Of a DNA stretch of 64,000 bases, positions 18,951-28,053 are shown in pieces. Position 1 is the stretch's first letter; each line of letters begins with the position of its first letter. The translations under genes were made by a program, and so were the position numbers. Source of the DNA: a virus (Duplodnaviria > Caudoviricetes); the IMG/VR virus record IMGVR_UViG_3300043395_004688; one strand, given 5' to 3'. Under the pieces are notes generated by a model, which had not been told where the DNA came from, made no database searches, and saw nothing but the letters and a program-made list of their open reading frames with translations.

Positions 18951-19001
18951 TGAATGAGTAGAGCGAAGCGATACGAAATTCAAGGGCGATGAAATCGCCC
19001 T
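18951..19001. other. Twin hairpins at the convergence of the + operon and the - baseplate genes (probable terminator/processing site)
   Basis: TGAAT(18951-55)...ATTCA(18978-82) imperfect stem, then AGGGCGAT-GAA-ATCGCCCT (18983-19001). Confidence 0.5.
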
Positions 19002-19018
19002 ATTAAGATGAAACATAA

Positions 19019-19246
19019 TTAGAATCGAGATCTGGCGAAACCCTTCTTGCCATAGTATGCTTCGGTTTTTTCTTTTATGGTTTCGCTGAGTACCTGTCTT
19101 TCGAGATAACTCATGGCCCAAATCTCATTGATGCTGATACTGCCCCACACGCTGAGAGTTGAAACTTCTTTGATTAAGGCTCTTGCCTCGGTTTCTATGC
19201 TGTCAACAAATCGACGGATTTTTGTTCCATCGGTTCCAAGCATCAA
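19019..19246 (-). CDS. Small baseplate-assembly-associated protein (gp51-like position)
   Basis: 75 aa overlapping the gp26-like stop; SINEIWAMSYLERQVL motif. Confidence 0.5.
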   Translation of the reverse strand: MMLGTDGTKIRRFVDSIETEARALIKEVSTLSVWGSISINEIWAMSYLERQVLSETIKEKTEAYYGKKGFARSRF

Positions 19247-20130
19247 GAGCCTACGGCGAAAAAACTTGTAGGATCAAACAGCATATCTGACTTGTATTCT
19301 TCACCGCAGTAATCACACTTGACTGTGACTTCTCGAGTAATACCAAAGGTTCCAAACTTTTTAAGTTCTTGGTCTAGGCGCTCGTTGCTGGCGCGGTCTA
19401 GATTTTTAACCCAGTCGTAGATGTGTGCGTAATTTGTTACCTGTGTGCCATCGGGTAGTGTTACAGACATAATGCTCTGTGCTAGAGTTTCTTGACTAAG
19501 ATCAACTAGAGCTGCGTAACCTTTGTTGGCTACTTCGGCTTTTTGATCCACTGTGGAGTTTTCCTTTGATTCCAGAGCTTGCAACTGGCGCATGGTAACA
19601 AATTGTTGTCTCAGCAAACGACTTTGAGCATCCAGTGTATAGGGTTTGAGTTCAACCCTAATACCAGAACTCAGTGTAACATTGCCAACTTCACTGCTGA
19701 TTGGTTTGAGAGTGGACAAAACTCCGCCAAGACTCACAGTGATTCTCTGTGACTTGCCTTCGCTGGCATTGCATCTGTGTGACACATCCAATTCCATGTC
19801 GTCACCATAGCTGGCCATACGCATGGAAACTAAAATGGCATCAATGTCTGGTGCCGGAATTTCATTCACGTCCTTGATATCTGGTGCTACGCTGGCCAAC
19901 ACATGCTTGAGTGCTTCGCCGTTGAGCAAAGAATCTGGGTTTTTAAGAACCATTTCGTCTTTGGCAGTCATTGGATAAACTGCCAATTCGTTGGTTTCAG
20001 ACAGCTTGGGCGGATTCTTATAAAAACGCCCACCACTTGGTAGCTCAATAAAGTTGCCGGGCCTGCGATAAAACTGGCTCAGCGGGTTAGCCGGAGGCAA
20101 GGGCTTTTTGAGTGGGTTTTGATTATCCAT
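19243..20130 (-). CDS. gp26: Baseplate hub assembly protein, T4 gp26-like
   Basis: IELPSGGRFY...VYPMTAKDE...DIDAILVSMRMASYG and C-terminal CDYC. Confidence 0.75.
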   Translation of the reverse strand: MDNQNPLKKPLPPANPLSQFYRRPGNFIELPSGGRFYKNPPKLSETNELAVYPMTAKDEMVLKNPDSLLNGEALKHVLASVAPDIKDVNEIPAPDIDAILVSMRMASYGDDMELDVSHRCNASEGKSQRITVSLGGVLSTLKPISSEVGNVTLSSGIRVELKPYTLDAQSRLLRQQFVTMRQLQALESKENSTVDQKAEVANKGYAALVDLSQETLAQSIMSVTLPDGTQVTNYAHIYDWVKNLDRASNERLDQELKKFGTFGITREVTVKCDYCGEEYKSDMLFDPTSFFAVGS

Positions 20131-20148
20131 GTACTTAATCCTTAACGA

Positions 20149-20184
20149 TAAATAGGTTCATAGGCCTATTGCATAATCTATTTA
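20149..20184. promoter_or_regulatory. Face-to-face pair of late promoters (TAAATA + at 20149-20154; TAAATA - at 20179-20184)
   Basis: Inverted repeat ATAAATAG(20148-55)/CTATTTAT(20178-85) between divergent gp26 and tape measure genes; central palindrome ATAGGCCTAT 20160-20169. Confidence 0.65.
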
Positions 20185-20218
20185 TGTGGTAATTTAATGG
20201 CCACAGGACCGTAATTTA

Positions 20219-23200
20219 ATGGCTGAACTCAGCGACGAATCTGCAATCAATCTCCAACGTGCTATAGAAAAGCTCACTGATAAAATGAGTGACATGGGCT
20301 CCAGCATGGGCAGAGGAACCAATTCGCCATTACCTGGTCGCGGCAAAGACAAAGACAAAGGCGATAGTATTCCTAATGAAGAACTAGAAAAAATGAAAAA
20401 GCGTCTAAAAGCTCTCAATGATGAGCTGGATGCTTCGGGAAGACTCACAGACAAGGATCTCAAAGAACGCGAAAAACTTATCAAAGCTGTTAACGAAGAA
20501 ACAGACCAAGTTAAAAAAGTCACAAGCAGCTATAGTAAACTGGAAGATGGCTTAAAGACTTTTGGTAAAAATTTACTAACCGGAAAAGGTGATGTAGCAC
20601 AGGCGTTTGATGGACTATCAAGCACTTTATCCAACAGCTCTAGCAGAATTGGCAACATACTGGGAGGCTTTGCTGGTGGCGTAAGCTTTATGCTAACAGC
20701 ATTGACCAGCTTTGCTGATGATGCACGACAATTAGGTGGCTTCGCTGATTTAGGTGCGTTTAGAGTAGGATCAATTAAACAGGCCAAATTAATGAGCGGC
20801 CTAGGCGAAAGCTTTATCAAAGCCATTGAACTCAGTCAAGGTGGATTCAAAGCATTTGGTCGCAACTCACAAGAATCAGTGGAAGCACTCAGCGAATTGG
20901 CCAGAGGCTTTAGAGTAGGCAGTGGTGTGATCAGTAGATCCTTGTCGAGAAATCTTGGACCAGAATTAACCAAGACCATGGACAGAGCTCAACGGGCTAC
21001 TGCTGAGATGGGTCTCAGCCAAGAAGATCAAGCCGCAGTAATGGGTTCGCTGAGCCAAACCATTAGCTTGACTGCCAAAAGCGAAGCTGATGCTCAAAGA
21101 ATGATGGTTCGTCAATACGAACAAACTGTAACAGCCGCAAGAACTCTTAGCAATACCTTTGGTGTCAGTTCCAAAGAAATACTCAAAGCCATGGAAGAAT
21201 TTAGAAGAACTTCTGGCGGACAAACATCGGCGTTGTTGGGTCTTGATCAAGAAGCTGCAAACGTTGCAGCTCTTATAGATCAGATGGGCGTTAAAGTAGA
21301 TGCTGAAACCAGAGCAAGAATGGCAGCGTCAATAGTACAAGGCGATATAGGACAGGCTCGTGCCATGGCAGGTGGCATGGATCAACAAACCTTTGACTCA
21401 ATTGAAAGAGCCATTCAAAGTGCCCAAGGTAGAGAAGGTGGATTAGGTAACGCTCGAAATCTTCAAGAAGGTGCTAGAGCAGAAATTGGCGCATTAGAAG
21501 CTCAGTTTGAACAACGAAGAAGAATGCAAATTGATCCAGAGTTTGCTGGTGCTGGTCAACGAGCCGGCGCCGCGGCTGCTAGGATGCGATTGCAACAACG
21601 AGCAGAAGCAGGTGATACAGAAGCAAAACGACAATTAGAAGCACAAGGCACAACCACAGAGTCTGGCAACATCACTGCCATGAACAAGCTAACCGATGCC
21701 CTAAACAGTTTGCGTAATGTTATCATTGGTCTAACAGCAGGCCTGGTAGCACTGACAGGAGTGTTTGGTGCAACAGCATTGGCCGGCGGCGCCGGAGCAA
21801 TATTAAGCGGCGGCCTTGGCGGAAAGCTGCTTGGTGGCATAGGTGAAAAGCTCGGCGGCATGTTAAGCAAAGTGCCAGGCTTAGGCAAACTAGGTGGCGG
21901 AGGCGCCGGCGGCGGCGTAATGGACAAGATGTCTGGCGCAGTGGGCAGTGGCTTATCTGGATTTGCAGACATGTTGGGTAAAATGGGAGATAGCAAGGCA
22001 GTCAAAGGTGCTGCTACTATTGCTCTTCTAGGTGCGGCATTGGCCATGGCAGCACACGGGTTTAAAACATTTGGCGAAGTCAAATGGGAAGGCATGCTCA
22101 AAGGTGCTGTAGCATTGGGTGGTCTAATTGCTATGGCACGCCTTGTTGGCGAAGCTACAACTGCAATGGTTAAAGGAGCAGCAACAATCACTCTTCTAGG
22201 TGCGGCAGTAATGGTTTCGGCCATTGGATTTAAAACATTCAATGAAGTTGATTGGGGTAGTTTAGTTAAAGGTGCATTGGCAATTGGCGTGTTGGCTGTT
22301 ACAGCAAAACTTTTAGGTGGCATGACAACTGACCTACTCAAAGGTGCTTTTGCTATTACTATACTTGGTGCATCTATGTGGGTGGCAGGCAAAGGATTTG
22401 CAGCCTTCAATGAAGTCAACTGGGATAGTTTGGTTAAAGGCGCATTAGCACTAACTGTATTGGGTGTAGCAGCCATGGCTTTAGGTAATATCTCAGGTCA
22501 GATTTTAGTTGGTTCGTTGGCTATTGCGGCACTTGGTGCGTCTATGTGGATAGCAGGAAAAGGATTTGCTTCATTCAATGATGTTGACTGGGGAGCATTG
22601 TTAAAAGGTACAGTAGCACTAGGTGTATTAACAGCCGCAGTATTTGCACTAGGTGCAATAATGATGAGCGGAGTTGGTGCAGCCATTTTTGTTGCCGGTA
22701 TTGCGGCATTTGTTGGTCTAGGAGTTGCAGCCGCGGCTCTTGGTGTTGGTTTAGGTATTGCTGGCGCAGGAATGAAAACTTTCAGCGAAGCATTAACATC
22801 GATTGCAGAAATTGACGGTACAAACTTAATTGCAATTGGTGCAGGTTTAGCCGCCATAGGTCTTGGCATGGGTGTGTTTGCACTAGGCATGCTGGCAGGA
22901 ACTGGTGCTGGAATTATTAGCGGTATTGCCAGTTTGTTTGGTGCTAAGAGCCCACTGGACAAAGTCAAAGAATTTGTGCCAATGGCAGACAAGATTGCTT
23001 TGGTTGGCGAAGGCATCAAGAACTTTGGCGAAGGCGTACTATCACTGAACAAAGGTGTGTCTGAATTCAACAAAGACGCATTTGACACTTTAAAAACTTC
23101 GATGCAAGAATTTGCATTAGCTGGATCAAGTGAGGAAATGCGTTTAACTGCGGAATATTTAAAATCCATTGGTGAAAGTCTTAGCAGTATTAGTCAGATA

Positions 23201-23464
23201 GAATCGTTACCTTCAACTGCGTCTCTTGGTGCCGCTTCACCAACAATAACACCTGGTACTGCTACAGCGGGCATTACAACATTACCCGAAGGTTCTACGC
23301 CAGCCACAAGCCCAGCAGCAGCACCAGATAATGCTCAACCAGCGATGAGTCCGGAAATGGTCACAGCCATGATGGGATATTTGTCTAGTATTCAAAACGA
23401 TATTGCAGCCATCCGAGGCAATACCAAACCAGCTCCTTCGGATGCTCCGGTTAGACTAGGTTAA
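20219..23464 (+). CDS. Tape measure protein
   Basis: 1081 aa, helical and Ala/Gly-rich, with hydrophobic repeats carrying periodic F/W; divergent from gp26. Confidence 0.75.
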   Translation: MAELSDESAINLQRAIEKLTDKMSDMGSSMGRGTNSPLPGRGKDKDKGDSIPNEELEKMKKRLKALNDELDASGRLTDKDLKEREKLIKAVNEETDQVKKVTSSYSKLEDGLKTFGKNLLTGKGDVAQAFDGLSSTLSNSSSRIGNILGGFAGGVSFMLTALTSFADDARQLGGFADLGAFRVGSIKQAKLMSGLGESFIKAIELSQGGFKAFGRNSQESVEALSELARGFRVGSGVISRSLSRNLGPELTKTMDRAQRATAEMGLSQEDQAAVMGSLSQTISLTAKSEADAQRMMVRQYEQTVTAARTLSNTFGVSSKEILKAMEEFRRTSGGQTSALLGLDQEAANVAALIDQMGVKVDAETRARMAASIVQGDIGQARAMAGGMDQQTFDSIERAIQSAQGREGGLGNARNLQEGARAEIGALEAQFEQRRRMQIDPEFAGAGQRAGAAAARMRLQQRAEAGDTEAKRQLEAQGTTTESGNITAMNKLTDALNSLRNVIIGLTAGLVALTGVFGATALAGGAGAILSGGLGGKLLGGIGEKLGGMLSKVPGLGKLGGGGAGGGVMDKMSGAVGSGLSGFADMLGKMGDSKAVKGAATIALLGAALAMAAHGFKTFGEVKWEGMLKGAVALGGLIAMARLVGEATTAMVKGAATITLLGAAVMVSAIGFKTFNEVDWGSLVKGALAIGVLAVTAKLLGGMTTDLLKGAFAITILGASMWVAGKGFAAFNEVNWDSLVKGALALTVLGVAAMALGNISGQILVGSLAIAALGASMWIAGKGFASFNDVDWGALLKGTVALGVLTAAVFALGAIMMSGVGAAIFVAGIAAFVGLGVAAAALGVGLGIAGAGMKTFSEALTSIAEIDGTNLIAIGAGLAAIGLGMGVFALGMLAGTGAGIISGIASLFGAKSPLDKVKEFVPMADKIALVGEGIKNFGEGVLSLNKGVSEFNKDAFDTLKTSMQEFALAGSSEEMRLTAEYLKSIGESLSSISQIESLPSTASLGAASPTITPGTATAGITTLPEGSTPATSPAAAPDNAQPAMSPEMVTAMMGYLSSIQNDIAAIRGNTKPAPSDAPVRLG
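22004..22675 (+). repeat. Four tandem 168-bp (56-aa) repeats in the tape measure gene
   Basis: Units start at 22004, 22172, 22340, 22508: KGAxxIxxLGAxxxxxxxGFxxFxEVxWxxLxKGAxAL. Confidence 0.85.
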
Positions 23465-23473
23465 AAATAAAGG

Positions 23474-23479
23474 TAAGTA
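23474..23479 (+). promoter_or_regulatory. Late promoter (TAAGTA variant) for portal
   Basis: TAAGTA 5 nt before the ATG at 23485; same geometry as TAAATA sites elsewhere. Confidence 0.6.
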
Positions 23480-23484
23480 ATAGT

Positions 23485-25167
23485 ATGAGTTGGAGAAAAC
23501 ACTTTAAAATTTGGGAACCGCAGTCAGAAATGTCTGGCAACGGGCGCAAGAATGGACCTGGATATGCAGGTGCCAAGTATGCGTCTTGGTTACAAGATGT
23601 CTACAGCGGCCAGGCAAACAGAGTTGAGCGTTACACACAATACGATCAAATGGATCTAGATTCAGAGATCAATGCTGCCTTAGATACCATTGCTGAATTT
23701 TGCACTCAGGCGGATCCGGACACAAACTTACCATTTAGAGTCATCTGGAAAGACACTCCAACCGACAGCGAAAACAAAATTGTCTCTGAGTATCTTAAGA
23801 AATGGTGTGCTATCAATAAAATTGATCAGAGAATTTTCCGTACCTTCCGCAGTACTTTAAAGTATGGAGACCATTTTTATCTTAGAGATCCAGAAACCTT
23901 TGAACTGTATTGGGTCAACGCTAATGATGTCAAGCGAGCGGTAATTAACGAAGCCGAAGGAAGAAGCGTTGAACAATATGTCATTACTAATATTCATCCA
24001 AATTTAGGAACCAAGGTTGCTACTCAGCCCATAGACAATGTTAACACGCTAACAGGTGCTACTACATTAAACACTCCAAGTGTGTACAGCGCAGGCAGTG
24101 GCAATGTAGGAAGAAGTGGTGGCGCCGGTGAAGAAACAGTGGTCAGCGGTGAGCATGTGTTACACATCACGCTTAACGAAGGGCTTGATACTAATTGGCC
24201 GTTTGGAGCAAGTATTCTAGATAGTGTGTTTAAGATCTTTAAACAAAAAGAAATGCTTGAAGATGCTATTATTATCTATCGTGTACAGCGAGCACCTGAG
24301 CGTAGAGTATTTTACATTGACACTGGTAATCTACCAAGTCACCAGGCCATGGCCTTTGTAGAGCGTGTAAAAAATGAAATTCATCAAAAGCGCATTCCAA
24401 CAAGAACAGGTGGTGGTACATCACTTGATGCCAGCTATAATCCACTAAGCATCATGGAAGACTTTTTCTTTGCTCAAACTGCAGATGGTCGTGGTAGTAA
24501 AGTTGAAGTGTTGCCAGGTGGTACAGGACTAGGTGAAATCGACGACCTTAAGTTTTTCAGCAACAAATTATTGAGAGGTCTACGAATTCCTAGTAGCTAT
24601 CTACCCACTGGTCCAGATGATTCGGCGCTGGCATTTACAGATGGTCGTATGGGTACCGCACTGATTCAAGAGTTTAGATTTAATCGTTATTGCAGACGCT
24701 TGCAGGGTTTGGTTGCTCCATTCTTTGACAAAGAATTTAAAGTTTTCCTTAAGAATCGTGGTGCAAATATTGATAGTTCAAGCTTTGACATTGACATGCT
24801 AGAGCCACAAAATTTCAGCGAATACAGAGAAATTGAAATAAACAATGCTCGTGCCGCGGTGTTTACTCAACTAGCTGAAATTCCATATCTATCACATAGA
24901 TTTAAACTGCAAAAGTTCCTGGGAATGACTGAAGACGAAATCTTGGAAAATGAAAAACTCTGGGAAGAAGAAAATTCAGGCAGCAATGACAACAACCAAG
25001 AAGAAGGCGCAGACTTTAGTGCTACTGGATTAAAAGGTCCGTCGGAGTCTGATCTAGATCTCACCGGCGGGCTAGGAGATTTATCAGCACCTGCTGAGCC
25101 AGCAACAGCTGAGCCTGCGGCACCAGCTGCACCAGCCGCTCCTGCTCCAGCCGCTCCACCGGTTTAA
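23485..25167 (+). CDS. gp20: Portal protein (T4 gp20)
   Basis: MLEDAIIIYRVQRAPERRVFYIDTGNLP...EDFFFAQTADGRGSKVEVLPGG. Confidence 0.96.
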   Translation: MSWRKHFKIWEPQSEMSGNGRKNGPGYAGAKYASWLQDVYSGQANRVERYTQYDQMDLDSEINAALDTIAEFCTQADPDTNLPFRVIWKDTPTDSENKIVSEYLKKWCAINKIDQRIFRTFRSTLKYGDHFYLRDPETFELYWVNANDVKRAVINEAEGRSVEQYVITNIHPNLGTKVATQPIDNVNTLTGATTLNTPSVYSAGSGNVGRSGGAGEETVVSGEHVLHITLNEGLDTNWPFGASILDSVFKIFKQKEMLEDAIIIYRVQRAPERRVFYIDTGNLPSHQAMAFVERVKNEIHQKRIPTRTGGGTSLDASYNPLSIMEDFFFAQTADGRGSKVEVLPGGTGLGEIDDLKFFSNKLLRGLRIPSSYLPTGPDDSALAFTDGRMGTALIQEFRFNRYCRRLQGLVAPFFDKEFKVFLKNRGANIDSSSFDIDMLEPQNFSEYREIEINNARAAVFTQLAEIPYLSHRFKLQKFLGMTEDEILENEKLWEEENSGSNDNNQEEGADFSATGLKGPSESDLDLTGGLGDLSAPAEPATAEPAAPAAPAAPAPAAPPV

Positions 25168-25192
25168 TTGACAAAATTGGATAAGTAGCAGT

Positions 25193-25399
25193 ATGAGATT
25201 CAATGACCTACAAAAAGCCAGCGATGAAATTGAAAAGGAAGTAGATCCTGAAGTAGCTTTCTATGGGGATTTGCGTAGAAAGAGATTAACACTAGAGCAT
25301 GTAAACAAGCTGAGAAAAGTACGAGATTTGCGTGAATATGAAAGTAAATCTAAGCTAAAGTTTATCAAACAGATGTATGCTAGACCCCCAGCAGCCTAA
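25193..25399 (+). CDS. Small basic head-module protein
   Basis: RRKRLTLEHVNKLRKVR...IKQMY; own TAAGTA at 25182-25187; directly after portal. Confidence 0.65.
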   Translation: MRFNDLQKASDEIEKEVDPEVAFYGDLRRKRLTLEHVNKLRKVRDLREYESKSKLKFIKQMYARPPAA

Positions 25400-25401
25400 A
25401 T

Positions 25402-25432
25402 AAAATCCGCCATAACTAGGCGGATTTTTTAT
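25402..25432 (+). terminator. Intrinsic terminator
   Basis: AAAATCCGCC-ATAACTA-GGCGGATTTTTT. Confidence 0.8.
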
Positions 25433-25568
25433 TTATAGGCCAGAAATAATAAACAAAAACTCCGTTTTTTCCGCCATTTCCTCTGTATTTTAGTGCGCCA
25501 TTAGTAAGTAGTTATTGGCAAAGTACACCCTTACGGCGTGTATACCCCTTAGCGCAAGGAGATAATAA

Positions 25569-26270
25569 ATGAGTAAAACTGTTCTTGAGCAAGCACTAGA
25601 CCATCTTCTAAACAAAGAAGAAGATAAAGCTACTGCTCTGCTACATGATTACTATGTAGGTATCGGCCGCAAAGTGTACGAAGACATTATGGCTGACGAA
25701 GAAATGTTTGATGAGACATCTGACATTTCAGACGACATCGACGAAGTCGATTCAGAATTAACCGAAGAAGGTGATGAGATTGCACCTCCAGCTGACGGCG
25801 AGGCTGCTGCTACTGCTGAGCTAAGTGCTGAATTGGGCACAGGCGAAGGTGAAGGCGAAGCTGCTCCTGTAAGTGCTGATGCAGCTGATGTTGCTGATGC
25901 AATGATGGATGTAGAGTCCGCCTTAGCAAAGCTAAAAGCCGAATTTGAACAAATGGCTTCTGGCGAAGCACCTGCTGATGTTCCTGCCGAAGCACCTGCT
26001 GATGCAGCCCCAGAAGAAGTAACACCAGAAAGCATTGAAGAGTCTGCTGAATTAAGCAAAGTATCTTCTCCAGACAATAGCGATAAAGCTGATGAAAAGC
26101 ACAGCCCAGTTGCTGGCAAGAATCCAATGATGGCTCGCCCAGCTGTTAAGATTGGTGCTGGTTCTGCTGATGGCGTAGCTAGTGGCACAAGCCCAGCAAA
26201 GGCTCCTTCAGCACAAGATTTAGGCGGTACAACCAAGCCAGATCTTAAGAAAGTATCAGTAAAGGGTTAA
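25569..26270 (+). CDS. Acidic prohead core protein (gp67/gp68-like position)
   Basis: Very D/E/A-rich; between portal and protease; SD AAGGAG; contains L/I-x-E motifs (LTEE, IEES). Confidence 0.6.
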   Translation: MSKTVLEQALDHLLNKEEDKATALLHDYYVGIGRKVYEDIMADEEMFDETSDISDDIDEVDSELTEEGDEIAPPADGEAAATAELSAELGTGEGEGEAAPVSADAADVADAMMDVESALAKLKAEFEQMASGEAPADVPAEAPADAAPEEVTPESIEESAELSKVSSPDNSDKADEKHSPVAGKNPMMARPAVKIGAGSADGVASGTSPAKAPSAQDLGGTTKPDLKKVSVKG

Positions 26271-26276
26271 TCCAAA

Positions 26277-26915
26277 ATGAACCTACAGCCACTAAGAGAA
26301 AATTTAACATTTGATCAGGCAGGTATGGTTGTTGAAACCAAAGAGTCTGTCAGTGGCGGTAAGGATCTCTACATGAAAGGTATTTTTATCCAGGGAGGTG
26401 TACGCAATCACAATCAGCGTGTATATCCTGTAAATGAAATTGCCAATGCTGTAGAGAGCATTCGTAAACGATTAGATAGTGGTTTCTCTGTACTTGGAGA
26501 AGCAGATCATCCGGATGATTTACAAGTAAACATTGACCGCGTAAGTCACATGGTTACAGAGATGTGGATGGATGGTCCAAACGGGTATGGTAAGCTAAAG
26601 CTCATTCCAACTCCAATGGGAAACATTATCAAAACATTACTCGAAAGTGGTGTTAAGTTAGGCGTAAGCAGCCGCGGATCAGGCAATGTTCAAGAATCAG
26701 GTAATGTATCTGATTTTGAAATTGTAACTGTTGATGTGGTAGCACAACCAAGTGCGCCAGAAGCTTATCCTACTGCCATTTATGAAAGAGTACTGGGAAA
26801 TCGTCGACGTGCCGCTCTAATGGATGTGGCCTACGCGGTGAACCACGATCGGTCCGCACAAAAACATCTTGTAAATGAAGTTACAAAGTTCATTTCAAGT
26901 TTAAAGAAAGTCTGA
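26277..26915 (+). CDS. gp21: Prohead core protease (T4 gp21)
   Basis: NHNQRVYP, LGEADHP, LGVSSRGSG, DVVAQPSAPEAY. Confidence 0.96.
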   Translation: MNLQPLRENLTFDQAGMVVETKESVSGGKDLYMKGIFIQGGVRNHNQRVYPVNEIANAVESIRKRLDSGFSVLGEADHPDDLQVNIDRVSHMVTEMWMDGPNGYGKLKLIPTPMGNIIKTLLESGVKLGVSSRGSGNVQESGNVSDFEIVTVDVVAQPSAPEAYPTAIYERVLGNRRRAALMDVAYAVNHDRSAQKHLVNEVTKFISSLKKV

Positions 26916-26925
26916 GGAGATTACT

Positions 26926-28038
26926 ATGAGTCAATTTACAGATATGCTTGGTTCAACTGTTCTTTCCGAAGAGGTGCGCGATAACATCAATGCCGCTTGG
27001 GAAAAACACTTAGCCGAAAGCCGTGAAGAAGTTACAGCTGAACTTCGTGAAGAGTTTGCATCACGCTACGAACACGACAAGAGTCAGCTAATTGAAGCAA
27101 TGGACAAGTTAATGCAAGACACCATCAATGCTGGTGCAGCTGACTTAAAAACATTGCGCGAAGAAGCAATGGCACAGCGTACAAAGTATGCTGCCAAGAT
27201 CAAAGAAGATACAGCTTTGTTACAGAAGCTGGTAATTGAAACCTTGTCAAAGGAAATTCAAGAACTTCGCAATGATCGTGCAGGACAAAAAGACGCATTT
27301 GCTAGACTAGAAGAATTTGCGCTACGCAAGTTAACTGGTGAACTAGCTGAATTGCATGAAGATCACAAGAGATTAGTAGAAGCTCGTGTAAAACTAGTTG
27401 CTGAAGGTCGTACTGCAATCAATGAAGCCAAGTCAAATTTTGTTAAGAAAGCCAGCGAAAAGGTCAACGCCTTAGTAACTGAAACTTTCAAGAAAGAAAT
27501 GACACAGCTCAAAACAGATATTCGTGAAGCAAAAGAAAACAACTTTGGTCGTAAGATCATGGAAGCATTTGCTGCCGAATTTATGGCAAGTAAATTTGCT
27601 GATGGTACTACTGTCAGTCAATTGAACCGTAAAATTGAAGAAATTCAATCAGAACTAACAGAGGCTAAAAACACTATCAATCAGAAAGAAGAAATTATCA
27701 GCGAGTCGCTTCGTCGTCAGCGCATTGCGGAAGATCAAGCACAGCGAGTTCGCGTAATGCAAGATTTATGTGCTCCATTGTCAAAAGATAAGAGAGCCAT
27801 TATGGAAGAGTTACTGGAAAGCACAGATACTTCTAAGCTAAAAGATCAATTCCAAAAGTTCTTGCCATCGGTTCTAAATGAAGAAGTTCGTCGCGAGAAG
27901 AAACAACTCATTGAAGGACAACAATCGCAGAAGACTGTGATTACAGGCAACAAGACTCAGACCGAGCCAGTTGCTGCCCCAGCCGAAGCTGACGATACAA
28001 TTCAACAGCTCCGTAAACTCGCTGGTATTAAGATTTAA
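26926..28038 (+). CDS. gp22: Prohead core scaffold protein (T4 gp22-like)
   Basis: Long coiled coil between gp21 and gp23; ends LRKLAGIKI. Confidence 0.85.
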   Translation: MSQFTDMLGSTVLSEEVRDNINAAWEKHLAESREEVTAELREEFASRYEHDKSQLIEAMDKLMQDTINAGAADLKTLREEAMAQRTKYAAKIKEDTALLQKLVIETLSKEIQELRNDRAGQKDAFARLEEFALRKLTGELAELHEDHKRLVEARVKLVAEGRTAINEAKSNFVKKASEKVNALVTETFKKEMTQLKTDIREAKENNFGRKIMEAFAAEFMASKFADGTTVSQLNRKIEEIQSELTEAKNTINQKEEIISESLRRQRIAEDQAQRVRVMQDLCAPLSKDKRAIMEELLESTDTSKLKDQFQKFLPSVLNEEVRREKKQLIEGQQSQKTVITGNKTQTEPVAAPAEADDTIQQLRKLAGIKI

Positions 28039-28053
28039 TTTAGGAGACATAAA

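Noticed and set aside
18949-18985. Hammerhead ribozyme (CTGAATGA...GAAA)
   Set aside because: The core has an extra base, and no stem I or stem III with a UH cleavage site can be formed on either side.
21556-23169. Long antisense ORFs (306 and 223 aa) opposite the tape measure gene
   Set aside because: Shadow frames produced by Ala/Gly codon bias; no RBS or recognisable domain.
25652-26236. 194-aa antisense ORF, and similar short ORFs nested in structural genes throughout the track
   Set aside because: They mirror low-complexity sense genes and have no independent expression signals.
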